Of a DNA stretch of 64,000 bases, positions 36,916-45,631 are shown piece after piece (position 1 is the first letter of the stretch; every line of letters starts with the position of its first letter). This DNA is from an uncultured Armatimonadetes bacterium (GTDB taxonomy: Bacteria; Armatimonadota; Hebobacteria; Hebobacterales; Hebobacteraceae). The notes under the pieces are model-generated. The model was not told the DNA's origin. It saw only the letters and a program-made list of their open reading frames with translations, and ran no database searches. Both the position numbers and the translations under genes were made by a program. The stretch is from contig OY970296.1 in the NCBI GenBank assembly GCA_963716175.1, positions 544,001-608,000 of the forward strand, written 5' to 3'.

Positions 36916-38325
36916 ATGTTGGCAGTGAACGGGCAGCCCAGCTTCGCTGCCATCATGGTTGCTTTCTCTGCCGCGGCCCTGGGCGCCCTGTCGGCACGCT
37001 CGCACGCGGCGCCATCGGGCGCCGCCGGGGACATTAGTGTCTCCATAGACCCCGCGACCACAGTCGGCATCAGCCAGTTCGCCACTGGCGTCACCCACAC
37101 CCACAAGGATCTCGATCCCTGGCAGAACGCGGCAGCGGTGGCTTCGGCCAAGCTGCTCCTGCAAGCCTCCACCGTGTACCAGAACCAACACCTCATGGGC
37201 TGGGGCGCGGACAACCCGGAACCTGCGCCGGGCCGCTACAACTGGGAGAGCCTCGATCGCCGGCTGAAGCTGATCCGCGAGACTGGAGGGAAGCTGGTGA
37301 TCACTCTCTGCGGCGCGCCCGACTGGATGAAAGGCGGCCGCCCGGACGAGACCGACTGGAGCAAGCTGGAGGTGGCGCCACTCCCCGAGCACTATCAGGA
37401 TTTCGCCAACCTGGCGGCTGCGGTGGCGAGGCGATACCCCGATGTCGAGTACTTCCAGGTCTGGAACGAGCTGAAGGGGTTCTACCTCCCGCCGCCAGCG
37501 AACCGCTGGGATTACGAGGGCTACACCAGGCTCTACAACCTGGTCTACGATGCCATCAGGAAAGTGCGCGCACGGGCGAGGATCGGCGGACCCTATGTGG
37601 TCATGGATAGCTGGTCCGAGGCGGGCGACGGGAACCGCTCCTCGGCCGTCAGCGGCCCCTACGGCACCCTCGATCAGAGGGCGCTGGACGTGGTCACCTA
37701 CTGGCTGCGGCACAAGCGCGGCGCCGACTTCATCGCCGTAGATGGGGGGACCGACAACAAGGATAACGTCTGGATCACGGACGAGTTCACCGCAGGCCGT
37801 AAGTTCGCTGATGTCTCCGCCTGGATTCGCAGCCTGGATGACGCGCAGTACCCGGGCGCGAAGACACTGCCGATCTGGTGGGCGGAGTGGTATGCCAGCC
37901 CGTCAAGCGACTGGCGCGATCTCGACCACTGCAATGCGGTCATGGCCAGTGACCTGATCGCGACACTTGAGGGCGGCGCCGCCACCGCCCTGGTCTGGCA
38001 GCCGCAAGGAGACCAACAGGGATTCGCTCTCCCCGAGGGATTGTGGACGGACACCAGGGGCCAGGCAGGCGGAAAGCCTACCCCCTTCTACTACACTCAA
38101 AAGGGCCTCCACGACTACTTCGGTCCTGGGGTCGCGCTCTGCCGGGCGGCCAGCTCCTCTCCCCGGGTCGGGGTCCTCGCCTCCACGGCGAAGGCCATGC
38201 TGGTCAACAGGACAGGGCAGCCGCTGACCGCAGTCGTGAACGGCAGAACAGTGCCGCTGCGGCCCTACCAAGTCGTATTCGTGGACACCCCGGCGCCTCT
38301 CCCTGAACCTCCGCAGGAGCGGTGA
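36916..38325 (+). CDS. exported GH39-like (clan GH-A) glycoside hydrolase
   Basis: Signal-like N-terminus; YNWESLD, APDWM, acid/base FQVWNELKG, RIGGP, nucleophile IWWAEWY. Confidence 0.8.
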   Translation: MLAVNGQPSFAAIMVAFSAAALGALSARSHAAPSGAAGDISVSIDPATTVGISQFATGVTHTHKDLDPWQNAAAVASAKLLLQASTVYQNQHLMGWGADNPEPAPGRYNWESLDRRLKLIRETGGKLVITLCGAPDWMKGGRPDETDWSKLEVAPLPEHYQDFANLAAAVARRYPDVEYFQVWNELKGFYLPPPANRWDYEGYTRLYNLVYDAIRKVRARARIGGPYVVMDSWSEAGDGNRSSAVSGPYGTLDQRALDVVTYWLRHKRGADFIAVDGGTDNKDNVWITDEFTAGRKFADVSAWIRSLDDAQYPGAKTLPIWWAEWYASPSSDWRDLDHCNAVMASDLIATLEGGAATALVWQPQGDQQGFALPEGLWTDTRGQAGGKPTPFYYTQKGLHDYFGPGVALCRAASSSPRVGVLASTAKAMLVNRTGQPLTAVVNGRTVPLRPYQVVFVDTPAPLPEPPQER

Positions 38326-38332
38326 GGACCAC

Positions 38333-38737
38333 TCACACGCGGCCCAGCAGTCGCGCGAGCAGACGCAGGTGCCCCTCTTCGTCGCCCCGCATTTCCGCCA
38401 AGGCCTTCCGCATCTCCGGGTCCTGGCACGCGGCCTCGGCGCGCCGGTAGATCTCGATGGCCTGCCTCTCTCCCTCCACATGCACCTGCAGGATCTCTCG
38501 CAGGCCCGAGCGCGCCCTGAGCTGAGGGAGATTGGCCTTGGGCTCCGCGCCGAGCTGGTAGATCATCTGCGCGGTCTTCTCGGCGTGCTCCAGCTCGATC
38601 TCTTGGATCAGCCTGAGCTGGCGCTTGGTCTCATCGTCCTCCACCCGAGCGATGTGCTGCGGCAGCAGGAAGAGAGCGCCGTATTCAGCACTGATCGCCT
38701 CATTCAACAGCCCGATCAGCTCCGCCGTTGCCTCCAC
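38333..38737 (-). CDS. ferritin-like di-iron carboxylate protein (bacterioferritin/rubrerythrin-like)
   Basis: LNEAISAEYGA, ELEH, ERQAIEIY, DEEGH. Confidence 0.85.
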   Translation of the reverse strand: MEATAELIGLLNEAISAEYGALFLLPQHIARVEDDETKRQLRLIQEIELEHAEKTAQMIYQLGAEPKANLPQLRARSGLREILQVHVEGERQAIEIYRRAEAACQDPEMRKALAEMRGDEEGHLRLLARLLGRV

Positions 38738-38891
38738 CGGTCACCTCCGGTCTGCCATCACCCAACTGCCTGCACTCTACCACTTCTGCGCGGCGGGAGG
38801 GCCCTTCCTGCCGTTGTCTTCCTATCCAGACGAGGACATAGCGCCGGGGCAGAGAATCCAGAGCCCACCAAATAACGCGGGAAAGGCCATC

Positions 38892-39371
38892 ATGCGCAGA
38901 TACAGCCGGATCTTACTTCTGCTTCTGGGGTTGAGCCTGGCTATGTTGCTCTCAGGCTGCCCCGGCATGCCGGGAGTGCCGGGCGGCGCGGGCGGGGCCA
39001 GCGCTCAGAACGTCCCTCCAGGCCTGCAGCCTCCGCCGGGCCTGAAGAGTGGCGGCGTCCGTACCCTCATGGGGACCACCATCACGCCATCTGACGATTC
39101 CGTGCTGCTGGTCAGATATGCCTACGCCGGCCAGCCCTCTGCCGGCTGGCAGTCCTGCCGCCGGATCGTCGCACTCGACACCTATGTCAGCCTGGAGGGG
39201 CTTAACTTCGATGGGCGGGACAAGAGCGCGGAGAAGGATGTGAACCTCCTCCTGCCGTGGTCCGGGCTCGCCAGCTTCACCTGGAAGTACGAGCCCAAGC
39301 CCACGCCTCCGCCCCAGCCGAAGACTCCCGGCGCCAGGGCCCAGCCCGGGCCGACCAGGCGGGGCCGTTAG
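38892..39371 (+). CDS. hypothetical lipoprotein
   Basis: Lipobox LLSG|C after MRRYSRILLLLLGLSLAM. RBS GAAAGG. Confidence 0.78.
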   Translation: MRRYSRILLLLLGLSLAMLLSGCPGMPGVPGGAGGASAQNVPPGLQPPPGLKSGGVRTLMGTTITPSDDSVLLVRYAYAGQPSAGWQSCRRIVALDTYVSLEGLNFDGRDKSAEKDVNLLLPWSGLASFTWKYEPKPTPPPQPKTPGARAQPGPTRRGR

Positions 39372-40171
39372 GGCTCCTCGCGCTCTGGCGTGGAAGGCTG
39401 CTCCGGCGGCGGCGGACATGGGAGCGGCGGAGGGCTGTATACCCGCTCGGCCTCCTGCTCCACGACCGCGGCCGCGTCCTCCGAGCTGTAGCTGGACGTG
39501 GGGGTGTTGGGGCGGTGCCAGAGCTGGACCTTTCGCGCCTCGCCCTCACCTTTCAGGGTGAACTCGTAGCGATTGTTCACCAGCACCGTGGCGCAGGTCA
39601 GCCGCTCCCGGCTCATCTCCTCTCGCGCGGCCGGCTGATAGACATCGAAGATCTGAACTCGCACTCGCTGCGGGTCCTGAGCAGCAATCCCCCGCAGCAG
39701 CTCGGCCGTCTTCAGGTGGCACTCCGACTGGAGGGGCGCGAACATCTTCACCAGCACCCTGGCCTGCGGTGAGCCGAGATCGAGCGATGGGTGCTGACCC
39801 GGGTTCAGGAACTCTCCCCGACCGAGGTACACGACTTCTCCCTCCACCAAGCGCCCACCCGCGCCGCCCTCGGCTGACCCCAGAGCCACCTGAATCTGAT
39901 CTCCCAGACCCAGGCGCAGTCGTTCCGGCACCTGCTGCCGCTCCCATCTGATCGCGATCGCTTCTCCCGCCTGGGCTTTTGCTTCCTCGCCCTTCACCTG
40001 ATCCACCCGAAGCTCACACGAGTAGAGCGCCTTCTCCTCACCGCTCTGCGGCTCCGTAAGTGCGGTGATGGTCCCGACCACCGTCTGGGCGCCGGCCCCT
40101 GCCCAGCCTGATGCGGCAGCGCCCATCAGCCCTGCTGCCGCCCAGAGTATCATCCACCGTACCATTCGCAT
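39368..40171 (-). CDS. exported protein, beta-rich N-domain plus thioredoxin-like C-domain
   Basis: Signal peptide ending GWA; GSPQARVLVKMFAPLQSECH...VRVQIFDV...LTCATVLVNN. Confidence 0.65.
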   Translation of the reverse strand: MRMVRWMILWAAAGLMGAAASGWAGAGAQTVVGTITALTEPQSGEEKALYSCELRVDQVKGEEAKAQAGEAIAIRWERQQVPERLRLGLGDQIQVALGSAEGGAGGRLVEGEVVYLGRGEFLNPGQHPSLDLGSPQARVLVKMFAPLQSECHLKTAELLRGIAAQDPQRVRVQIFDVYQPAAREEMSRERLTCATVLVNNRYEFTLKGEGEARKVQLWHRPNTPTSSYSSEDAAAVVEQEAERVYSPPPLPCPPPPEQPSTPEREEP

Positions 40172-40235
40172 CTGCTTCCTCCAGCGAAGATGCTACCCGC
40201 GCCGGCACCGCCCGGACCGCGGACGCAGGGGCGCG

Positions 40236-41966
40236 CTACTCCGGCGCCGGCCGGCTCTCGCGCGCCGCCAACTGAGCCAGCAGGCCTCCTTCAGTCACCC
40301 AGCGCTTGATCCCATTCACAATGCCATACGCGGCCTGCTCCCGGAAATCGCTATCGGCGAGGCTCCGCTCGTCGGCAGTGTTGCTCAGATAGCCGACTTC
40401 CACCAGCACCGCTGGCACGGTAGTCCGGTAGAGCACGATGATCGGCCGAGGATGGTACTTGGCGCCTCCATCCGGGAGGCCTGCGGCCCGCACCACTTCC
40501 TCCTGCATCACCTGGGCGAAGGCGCGGCTGTCCTCTTTCCGATAGTAGGTCTCTGTGCCGCGCACGGATTGGGGATTAGTCTCCCGAGCATTGGCGTGGA
40601 TCGAGACGAAGAGATCGGCGCCGGCCTGGTTGGCGAGGGAGCATCGCGCCTCCAGTTCGGCCCGGTGCTCCTGCCGGTTGCCGCGGGTCCAGGGAATGCA
40701 GGCAGAGTCGTCACTCCGCGTCAACCGCACCTTCGCACCCATCGCCTCCAGTAGCCGAGAGACCCGCAGCGCGACATCGAGGTTGAAGTCCTTCTCCATC
40801 AGGCCTGAGCGACCGATCGCCCCGGTATCCGGCCCGCCATGCCCGGGGTCAACCACCAGGCACAGCTCATTCAGCTCGAACTGCCCCACCAGCACCCGTA
40901 GTTCTCCCCGCTCGCTGATCACGGTGTGTCCAGTGGGCGCGGTCAGCGCGATCGTCAGCCGTTGGCTTCCGGGGCTGGTCGGCGATGGCGCCACCGTTAC
41001 CCCCGAGACCACCTTGTCCTTCACCTCCAGTCTCCCCGCCGCGATCCGGTTCTCCGCATTCCGCACCTCCAACCAGACAGCCGGAGGCTCGGCACTGGCG
41101 CCGGAGGTGTAGACGGCCTTGCCAGAGGTAGACACAGTGACCGCGGCCAGCCGCGGCGACAGACGCCCGAAGGTCAGGCCTGACAGCACGACCGGCGGCG
41201 CCTCGGGCGGCACTTCTCTCTCACCAGGAAGGGGGAAGTCAACCTCCAGGGTCCGCCTCCCCTCGCCCAGGCGGATGCGATAGGACCTCCACTCCGCCAG
41301 CTCCACCACCACCCTCACCACGTCCCGCGCCTGCGCCGGAGCCAGGCTCTTCTGTCTGATCCTAGCTCTCTGGAGGTAACTCCCCTCTAGGGTCACCTCG
41401 GAGGGGATATCCGACAGGTCGGCGTCCAACAGGTCCAGGAAAAGCCGGGGCGTGCCCTCCTCCACCCGCCCGGACTGGTAGCTGATGGGGCCCTCGGTGG
41501 CCACGGTCAGGCGATAGCGATCCGGCAGCGTATCGAGGGAGAACTTCCGCACCCAGGGGTGGACGAAGAGGGTGCGTGATGGCTCATCCCAGCGCACCGC
41601 GCACCCCAGCAGCGAACCGACGGCCTTCGCCGGCAGCAGCACGCTGCCGTCCTTGACCCGAGGTGGACAGGGCAGCTCCCGCAATACGCCATCCCGGGTG
41701 GCTTCTGGCCGGGTGCGGGAGATGAGAATTTCCTGCTGGGCGCTGGTGGTGATCTTGATGGCATCCGGGCCGACCTCGCATCTCGCGCCGAGGGCGCCCA
41801 GCGCAGGCAGCAGTGGGGCCAGCACCTCATCCCCAGCGGTGACGAAGCGAGCGCGGGAGTCGAACCGGCGTCCTGCTGCCACGATGGCATCGGCCCACAC
41901 CCCCCGGGTGCACAGTGAGAGTAGAACGGCGATCGCCGTCACCCTGGCAGCAGCCCTCAACTTCAT
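40236..41966 (-). CDS. N-acetylmuramoyl-L-alanine amidase (Amidase_3) with copper-amine-oxidase N-terminal and AMIN-like domains
   Basis: Signal peptide; VVDPGHGGPDTGA, EKDFNL, FVSIHANA, GTETYY, AVLVEVGYLSN. Confidence 0.92.
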   Translation of the reverse strand: MKLRAAARVTAIAVLLSLCTRGVWADAIVAAGRRFDSRARFVTAGDEVLAPLLPALGALGARCEVGPDAIKITTSAQQEILISRTRPEATRDGVLRELPCPPRVKDGSVLLPAKAVGSLLGCAVRWDEPSRTLFVHPWVRKFSLDTLPDRYRLTVATEGPISYQSGRVEEGTPRLFLDLLDADLSDIPSEVTLEGSYLQRARIRQKSLAPAQARDVVRVVVELAEWRSYRIRLGEGRRTLEVDFPLPGEREVPPEAPPVVLSGLTFGRLSPRLAAVTVSTSGKAVYTSGASAEPPAVWLEVRNAENRIAAGRLEVKDKVVSGVTVAPSPTSPGSQRLTIALTAPTGHTVISERGELRVLVGQFELNELCLVVDPGHGGPDTGAIGRSGLMEKDFNLDVALRVSRLLEAMGAKVRLTRSDDSACIPWTRGNRQEHRAELEARCSLANQAGADLFVSIHANARETNPQSVRGTETYYRKEDSRAFAQVMQEEVVRAAGLPDGGAKYHPRPIIVLYRTTVPAVLVEVGYLSNTADERSLADSDFREQAAYGIVNGIKRWVTEGGLLAQLAARESRPAPE

Positions 41967-42236
41967 CCCACTCTCCCGGCCGGTGCTGGCGGGCAGTATA
42001 GCATGGCCGGCGGCAAGCAGGCAACGCGAGATCATCGCTTCCGCGGGTTGTCTCTCGCTACGCTCGCGACGAACCCACGCCACCAGGAAGCGCTCGATCT
42101 CCCGTGATCCGTGGGATCTTGCCGCCTGACATTACTTTTCTGGAGGAGAACCTCCCAAGCGGGCTCCGGAAGGACAGGACTTCGGCCTGTGAACTCGAAA
42201 TGCGGGGCACATGAAAGGCCCAACCAGGAGGGCGCC

Positions 42237-43934
42237 ATGAAGAGGATGCTGCCGTGCTTCGTCGTCGCGCTGTTCCTCGCCGCTCCACGCGGGTCGCTGG
42301 TGGCGGCGCAGGAGCAGGGCCCAGTCGCTATCGAGACACGCTTGACGCGGGTCTCGCTCTTCAAGAACGGACTCGGCTTCTTCGTGCGAGAGGGCGTGCT
42401 CTCGCCGGCGCATCAGGCAGGACACCTGGGGCCCTTCGCCGCGCCTGCCCACGGCACTTTCTGGGTGAGCAGCCCGAGCAGCGCGGGGATGAAGAGCGTG
42501 GTTGCCCGCAGCATTACCATCAAGGCCGGCCCGGTGCCGGCCAGAGACGTCGCGGACCTGATGCGCGCCAACATAGGTAGGGAAGCTTGGGTCTGGCCCT
42601 CCCCAGATTCGACGGCGCCGGTCAGGGGTATCATCCTGGGTTTCGCCGCGGACCGGCCTGCACCGGTCGTCCCGCTCCATGTCTACGAAATGGGCAATGC
42701 CGGGGAACGCATGAGCGAGATCATCCCCTGGGGACGGGGCGAGTATGCGCTGATCAAGACCGATGAGGGAGTGGTCGCCCTGAACCCTTACAGCATCGCG
42801 CGGGTGCGTTTCACCTCCGAAGCGGTCGCCGCCAAGTTCCAGCCAGAGATCCCAGCGGCCGAGCTTGAGGCCGCCTTCGCCAGCCCGAAGGCGGGCGACT
42901 GGATCCTGGTCAGCTACCTCGCCAAGGGCATCACCTGGGCGCCGAGCTACCTGGTTGACCTCTCCGACTCGCAGCAGGCCCGCCTTAGTGCCAAGGCGGT
43001 CATCATCAACGAAGCCGAGGACCTGAAGGCAACACATGTTGACTTGATCACCGGCTTTCCCAATCTGAAGTTTGCGGACGTCCTCAGTCCGCTGGCCATG
43101 AAGGGCAACCTGGCGAGCTTCCTGCAAGCACTCGCCGGAACCGGGGCCAGGCCGGAGGTGATGGCGAATGTGATGACCCAGGCGGTGATGTACCGCGGGG
43201 CAGGACCGGCTGGTATGCCTGGGCCGCGGGGCCCGGCCGAGACGGCGCCCTCCTACGGCGCGGCCGCAGCCGGCCAGACGACAGAAGACCTGTTCCTCTA
43301 CCCGATCGAGAACGTCACCCTCGCCCGGGGCGAGACCGGTTACTATCCCCTTTTCACCGAGTCCGTGCCCTATTCCGAGTTCTACCAGTGGGAGATCCCG
43401 GATTACATCAACCCCTCTGATTACTACGTCCAGGCTGCGCCTCAGCCCGAGAAGCCCGAGGTGGTGTGGCACAGCCTGCGACTCACCAACACTACCAAAG
43501 TGCCCTGGACCACGGCCCCGGCAGAGGTGGTGAAGGCCGGCCAGATCATCGGCCAGGATGTGCTCAGCTACACCCCAGCGAAGGCCAAGTCTGTGGTCAA
43601 GATCACGCAGGCGGCGAGCGTCAACGTGGAGCAAAGCGAGGTGGAAAGCAACCGGGAGCGGGACGCGGTGGTCATGTATGGCGATCACTTCGACCGCGTC
43701 ACCATTCAAGGCACGCTGCGAGCCACCGACTACCAGGAGAAGGCGATTTCGCTCGAGATCAAGAAGACCGTGTCCGGTGACGTCAAGTCCACCAAGCCGA
43801 AGGCCACCGACGTCACCCTCGCGCGCGGCCTAAAGAGCATGAACCCCCTGCATCAGCTCACCTGGACCATCCCGCTGCAGCCGCAGAAGAGCCAGGAGAT
43901 CACCTACACCTATCAGGCACTGATCCGGCGCTGA
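42237..43934 (+). CDS. DUF4139/DUF4140-type exported protein
   Basis: Signal peptide; RVSLFKNGLGFF, SYLAKGITWAPSY, DLFLYPIENVTL, LTWTIPLQPQKSQEITYTY. RBS GGAGGG. Confidence 0.78.
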   Translation: MKRMLPCFVVALFLAAPRGSLVAAQEQGPVAIETRLTRVSLFKNGLGFFVREGVLSPAHQAGHLGPFAAPAHGTFWVSSPSSAGMKSVVARSITIKAGPVPARDVADLMRANIGREAWVWPSPDSTAPVRGIILGFAADRPAPVVPLHVYEMGNAGERMSEIIPWGRGEYALIKTDEGVVALNPYSIARVRFTSEAVAAKFQPEIPAAELEAAFASPKAGDWILVSYLAKGITWAPSYLVDLSDSQQARLSAKAVIINEAEDLKATHVDLITGFPNLKFADVLSPLAMKGNLASFLQALAGTGARPEVMANVMTQAVMYRGAGPAGMPGPRGPAETAPSYGAAAAGQTTEDLFLYPIENVTLARGETGYYPLFTESVPYSEFYQWEIPDYINPSDYYVQAAPQPEKPEVVWHSLRLTNTTKVPWTTAPAEVVKAGQIIGQDVLSYTPAKAKSVVKITQAASVNVEQSEVESNRERDAVVMYGDHFDRVTIQGTLRATDYQEKAISLEIKKTVSGDVKSTKPKATDVTLARGLKSMNPLHQLTWTIPLQPQKSQEITYTYQALIRR

Positions 43935-44021
43935 GCAGGTCTGGGGTCTCGTCGGCTATGCGCCCCCGCCCTCTGGCTCTTGGGTACATGGCCGCCCCAC
44001 CAGAACGCCGGCCCCAGCAGC

Positions 44022-45422
44022 TCATTCCTCAGGCCACTGCCCGCCGTTGAGGCGCTCCCAGGCGTCCCACACGGAGAGCGTCTGTGTCTCCTCGTCCCAG
44101 ACCAGGGAGGCGCCCAGCGCGGTGACCGTGGCTCGCAGCGGCAGCAGGGGATATCCGGCGGCCAACTGCGGCGCCGCCTCCAGTCGTACCAGCTCCCCAT
44201 TCACCAACGCCTCCGGGTTCCCTGGCGACAGGAATATCCGCTGCCCGCCCCGTGAGACTACCACGTAGTTCATCCCGGGTCCCACCTCGAGCTCCGCCTC
44301 CAGCGCCGCCACCAACGGCCGCACTGGCACCAGCCAGTCCGAGGCCACCGGGGTGGGGGCCAGCGCGAGCCGCACCGGTTTCCCATTCACTTCCACCTGC
44401 GTGTGAGAGCCCACAACCGGTGTCGGCAGTCCGGTGGTGCGCTTCAGTATGTCGGCCACCAGCTCCAGGTCCACCACTTGACCCAGCCCATAGTCCTTCA
44501 GCAGATCCCGCACCTTCTCAGGCGTCACCTCGTCCACGTCATAGGGGTCTGGGTAGTAGGAGAGGTAGACGATCCCGTCGTCAGGGCGGTAGCCCACCAC
44601 CAGGCGCTCGTAGATGATCTTCACCGGTGTCCCGACCGGGGCCAACGCATAGAGCTCATGCGCATGCTCGGGGTACATGCGCATGCACCCGTGCGAAACA
44701 TACCGGCCCACCGAACCCGGCGCATTGGTGGCGTGAAGGCCATAGCCAGGCGCCGACAATCCCATCCAACGATCGCCAAGCGGATTCCCCGGGCCGGGAG
44801 GAACCGGCTCCTCTTGCAGCGCCCACTTGGGCGGGAACCAAGTCGGGTTCTTCCGCTTGTTCACGATCGTAAACTCCCCGGTCGGGGTCTCCCATCCGCG
44901 CTGCCCAATGGCGATGGGGTAGCATCTGATGGGAAGGCCGCGCTGGTAGAAGTACAGGTTCCGCTCTGGCAAGTTCACCACTATCCCAGTCCAGACTGGC
45001 AAGGGCGCGACGTGCTCACTGGGGATCGACAACAGCTCATCACCCGCCGAGAGGTCACCCTCGTTGGCATTGTGAATCGCGCTCGCGCTTACCCCATAGC
45101 GCCGGGCGATGGCGAAGATGCTCTCCTTGCCCTTGCGCTGGTAATGCGCCGCCTTTCCCATTACCGGAGGCAGGCGCAGCAGCGGCCGCTCCAACTGCTC
45201 CTGGGCCCTGGCGGGTGCAGCAAGACCGACTAGAAGAACCGCTGACAGGCAGACAACGCAGAGCTCGTAGCGCAGCCGTACGCGGCCCGCCCGGGCGGGC
45301 GAACAGCGCCGCCGTTGCCCGTGTCCCTGCGCTCTCTGCGCCTCTGCGGTGAGTTCCGTTGGGTGCTTCAAGATCTCAGCCTCTTTGCCATTCTCTATGC
45401 CATATCTTCTAGTCTCTGCCAA
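44022..45422 (-). CDS. YkuD-type L,D-transpeptidase with LysM and copper-amine-oxidase N-terminal-like domain (start uncertain)
   Basis: LysM (SIFAIARRYGVS...N), YPIAIG...TPTG, NPTWFPP, PGPGNPLG, YGLHAT, SHGCMRM. Confidence 0.92.
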   Translation of the reverse strand: MAETRRYGIENGKEAEILKHPTELTAEAQRAQGHGQRRRCSPARAGRVRLRYELCVVCLSAVLLVGLAAPARAQEQLERPLLRLPPVMGKAAHYQRKGKESIFAIARRYGVSASAIHNANEGDLSAGDELLSIPSEHVAPLPVWTGIVVNLPERNLYFYQRGLPIRCYPIAIGQRGWETPTGEFTIVNKRKNPTWFPPKWALQEEPVPPGPGNPLGDRWMGLSAPGYGLHATNAPGSVGRYVSHGCMRMYPEHAHELYALAPVGTPVKIIYERLVVGYRPDDGIVYLSYYPDPYDVDEVTPEKVRDLLKDYGLGQVVDLELVADILKRTTGLPTPVVGSHTQVEVNGKPVRLALAPTPVASDWLVPVRPLVAALEAELEVGPGMNYVVVSRGGQRIFLSPGNPEALVNGELVRLEAAPQLAAGYPLLPLRATVTALGASLVWDEETQTLSVWDAWERLNGGQWPEE

Positions 45423-45496
45423 CAGAGCGTGTGGGGCAGGGGTGTGCCTGCAGCTTCCCGGCGAGGCTGTGGGGCAGAAGTCGGCTGCAATCCCGG

Positions 45497-45525
45497 TTGT
45501 TTTTCCAGCGTGGACGTGGTATTCT
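45497..45525 (+). promoter_or_regulatory. putative sigma70 promoter for ftsK
   Basis: TTGTTT, 17 bp, TG-extended TATTCT. Confidence 0.45.
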
Positions 45526-45631
45526 CTTCTGCCATTGCGGCGCGGGTAGCCCCCTTCCCGCGCGGATCTTGGTCTGAGTTCGGACCGGTCGGCATGGGTC
45601 CGGGCTTGGCCTGGGCGAGAGGTTGAGCCAG

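Noticed and set aside
38333-38737. Ferritin-like protein as encapsulin cargo
   Set aside because: No C-terminal targeting peptide (LxVGSL-like) and no encapsulin shell gene nearby.
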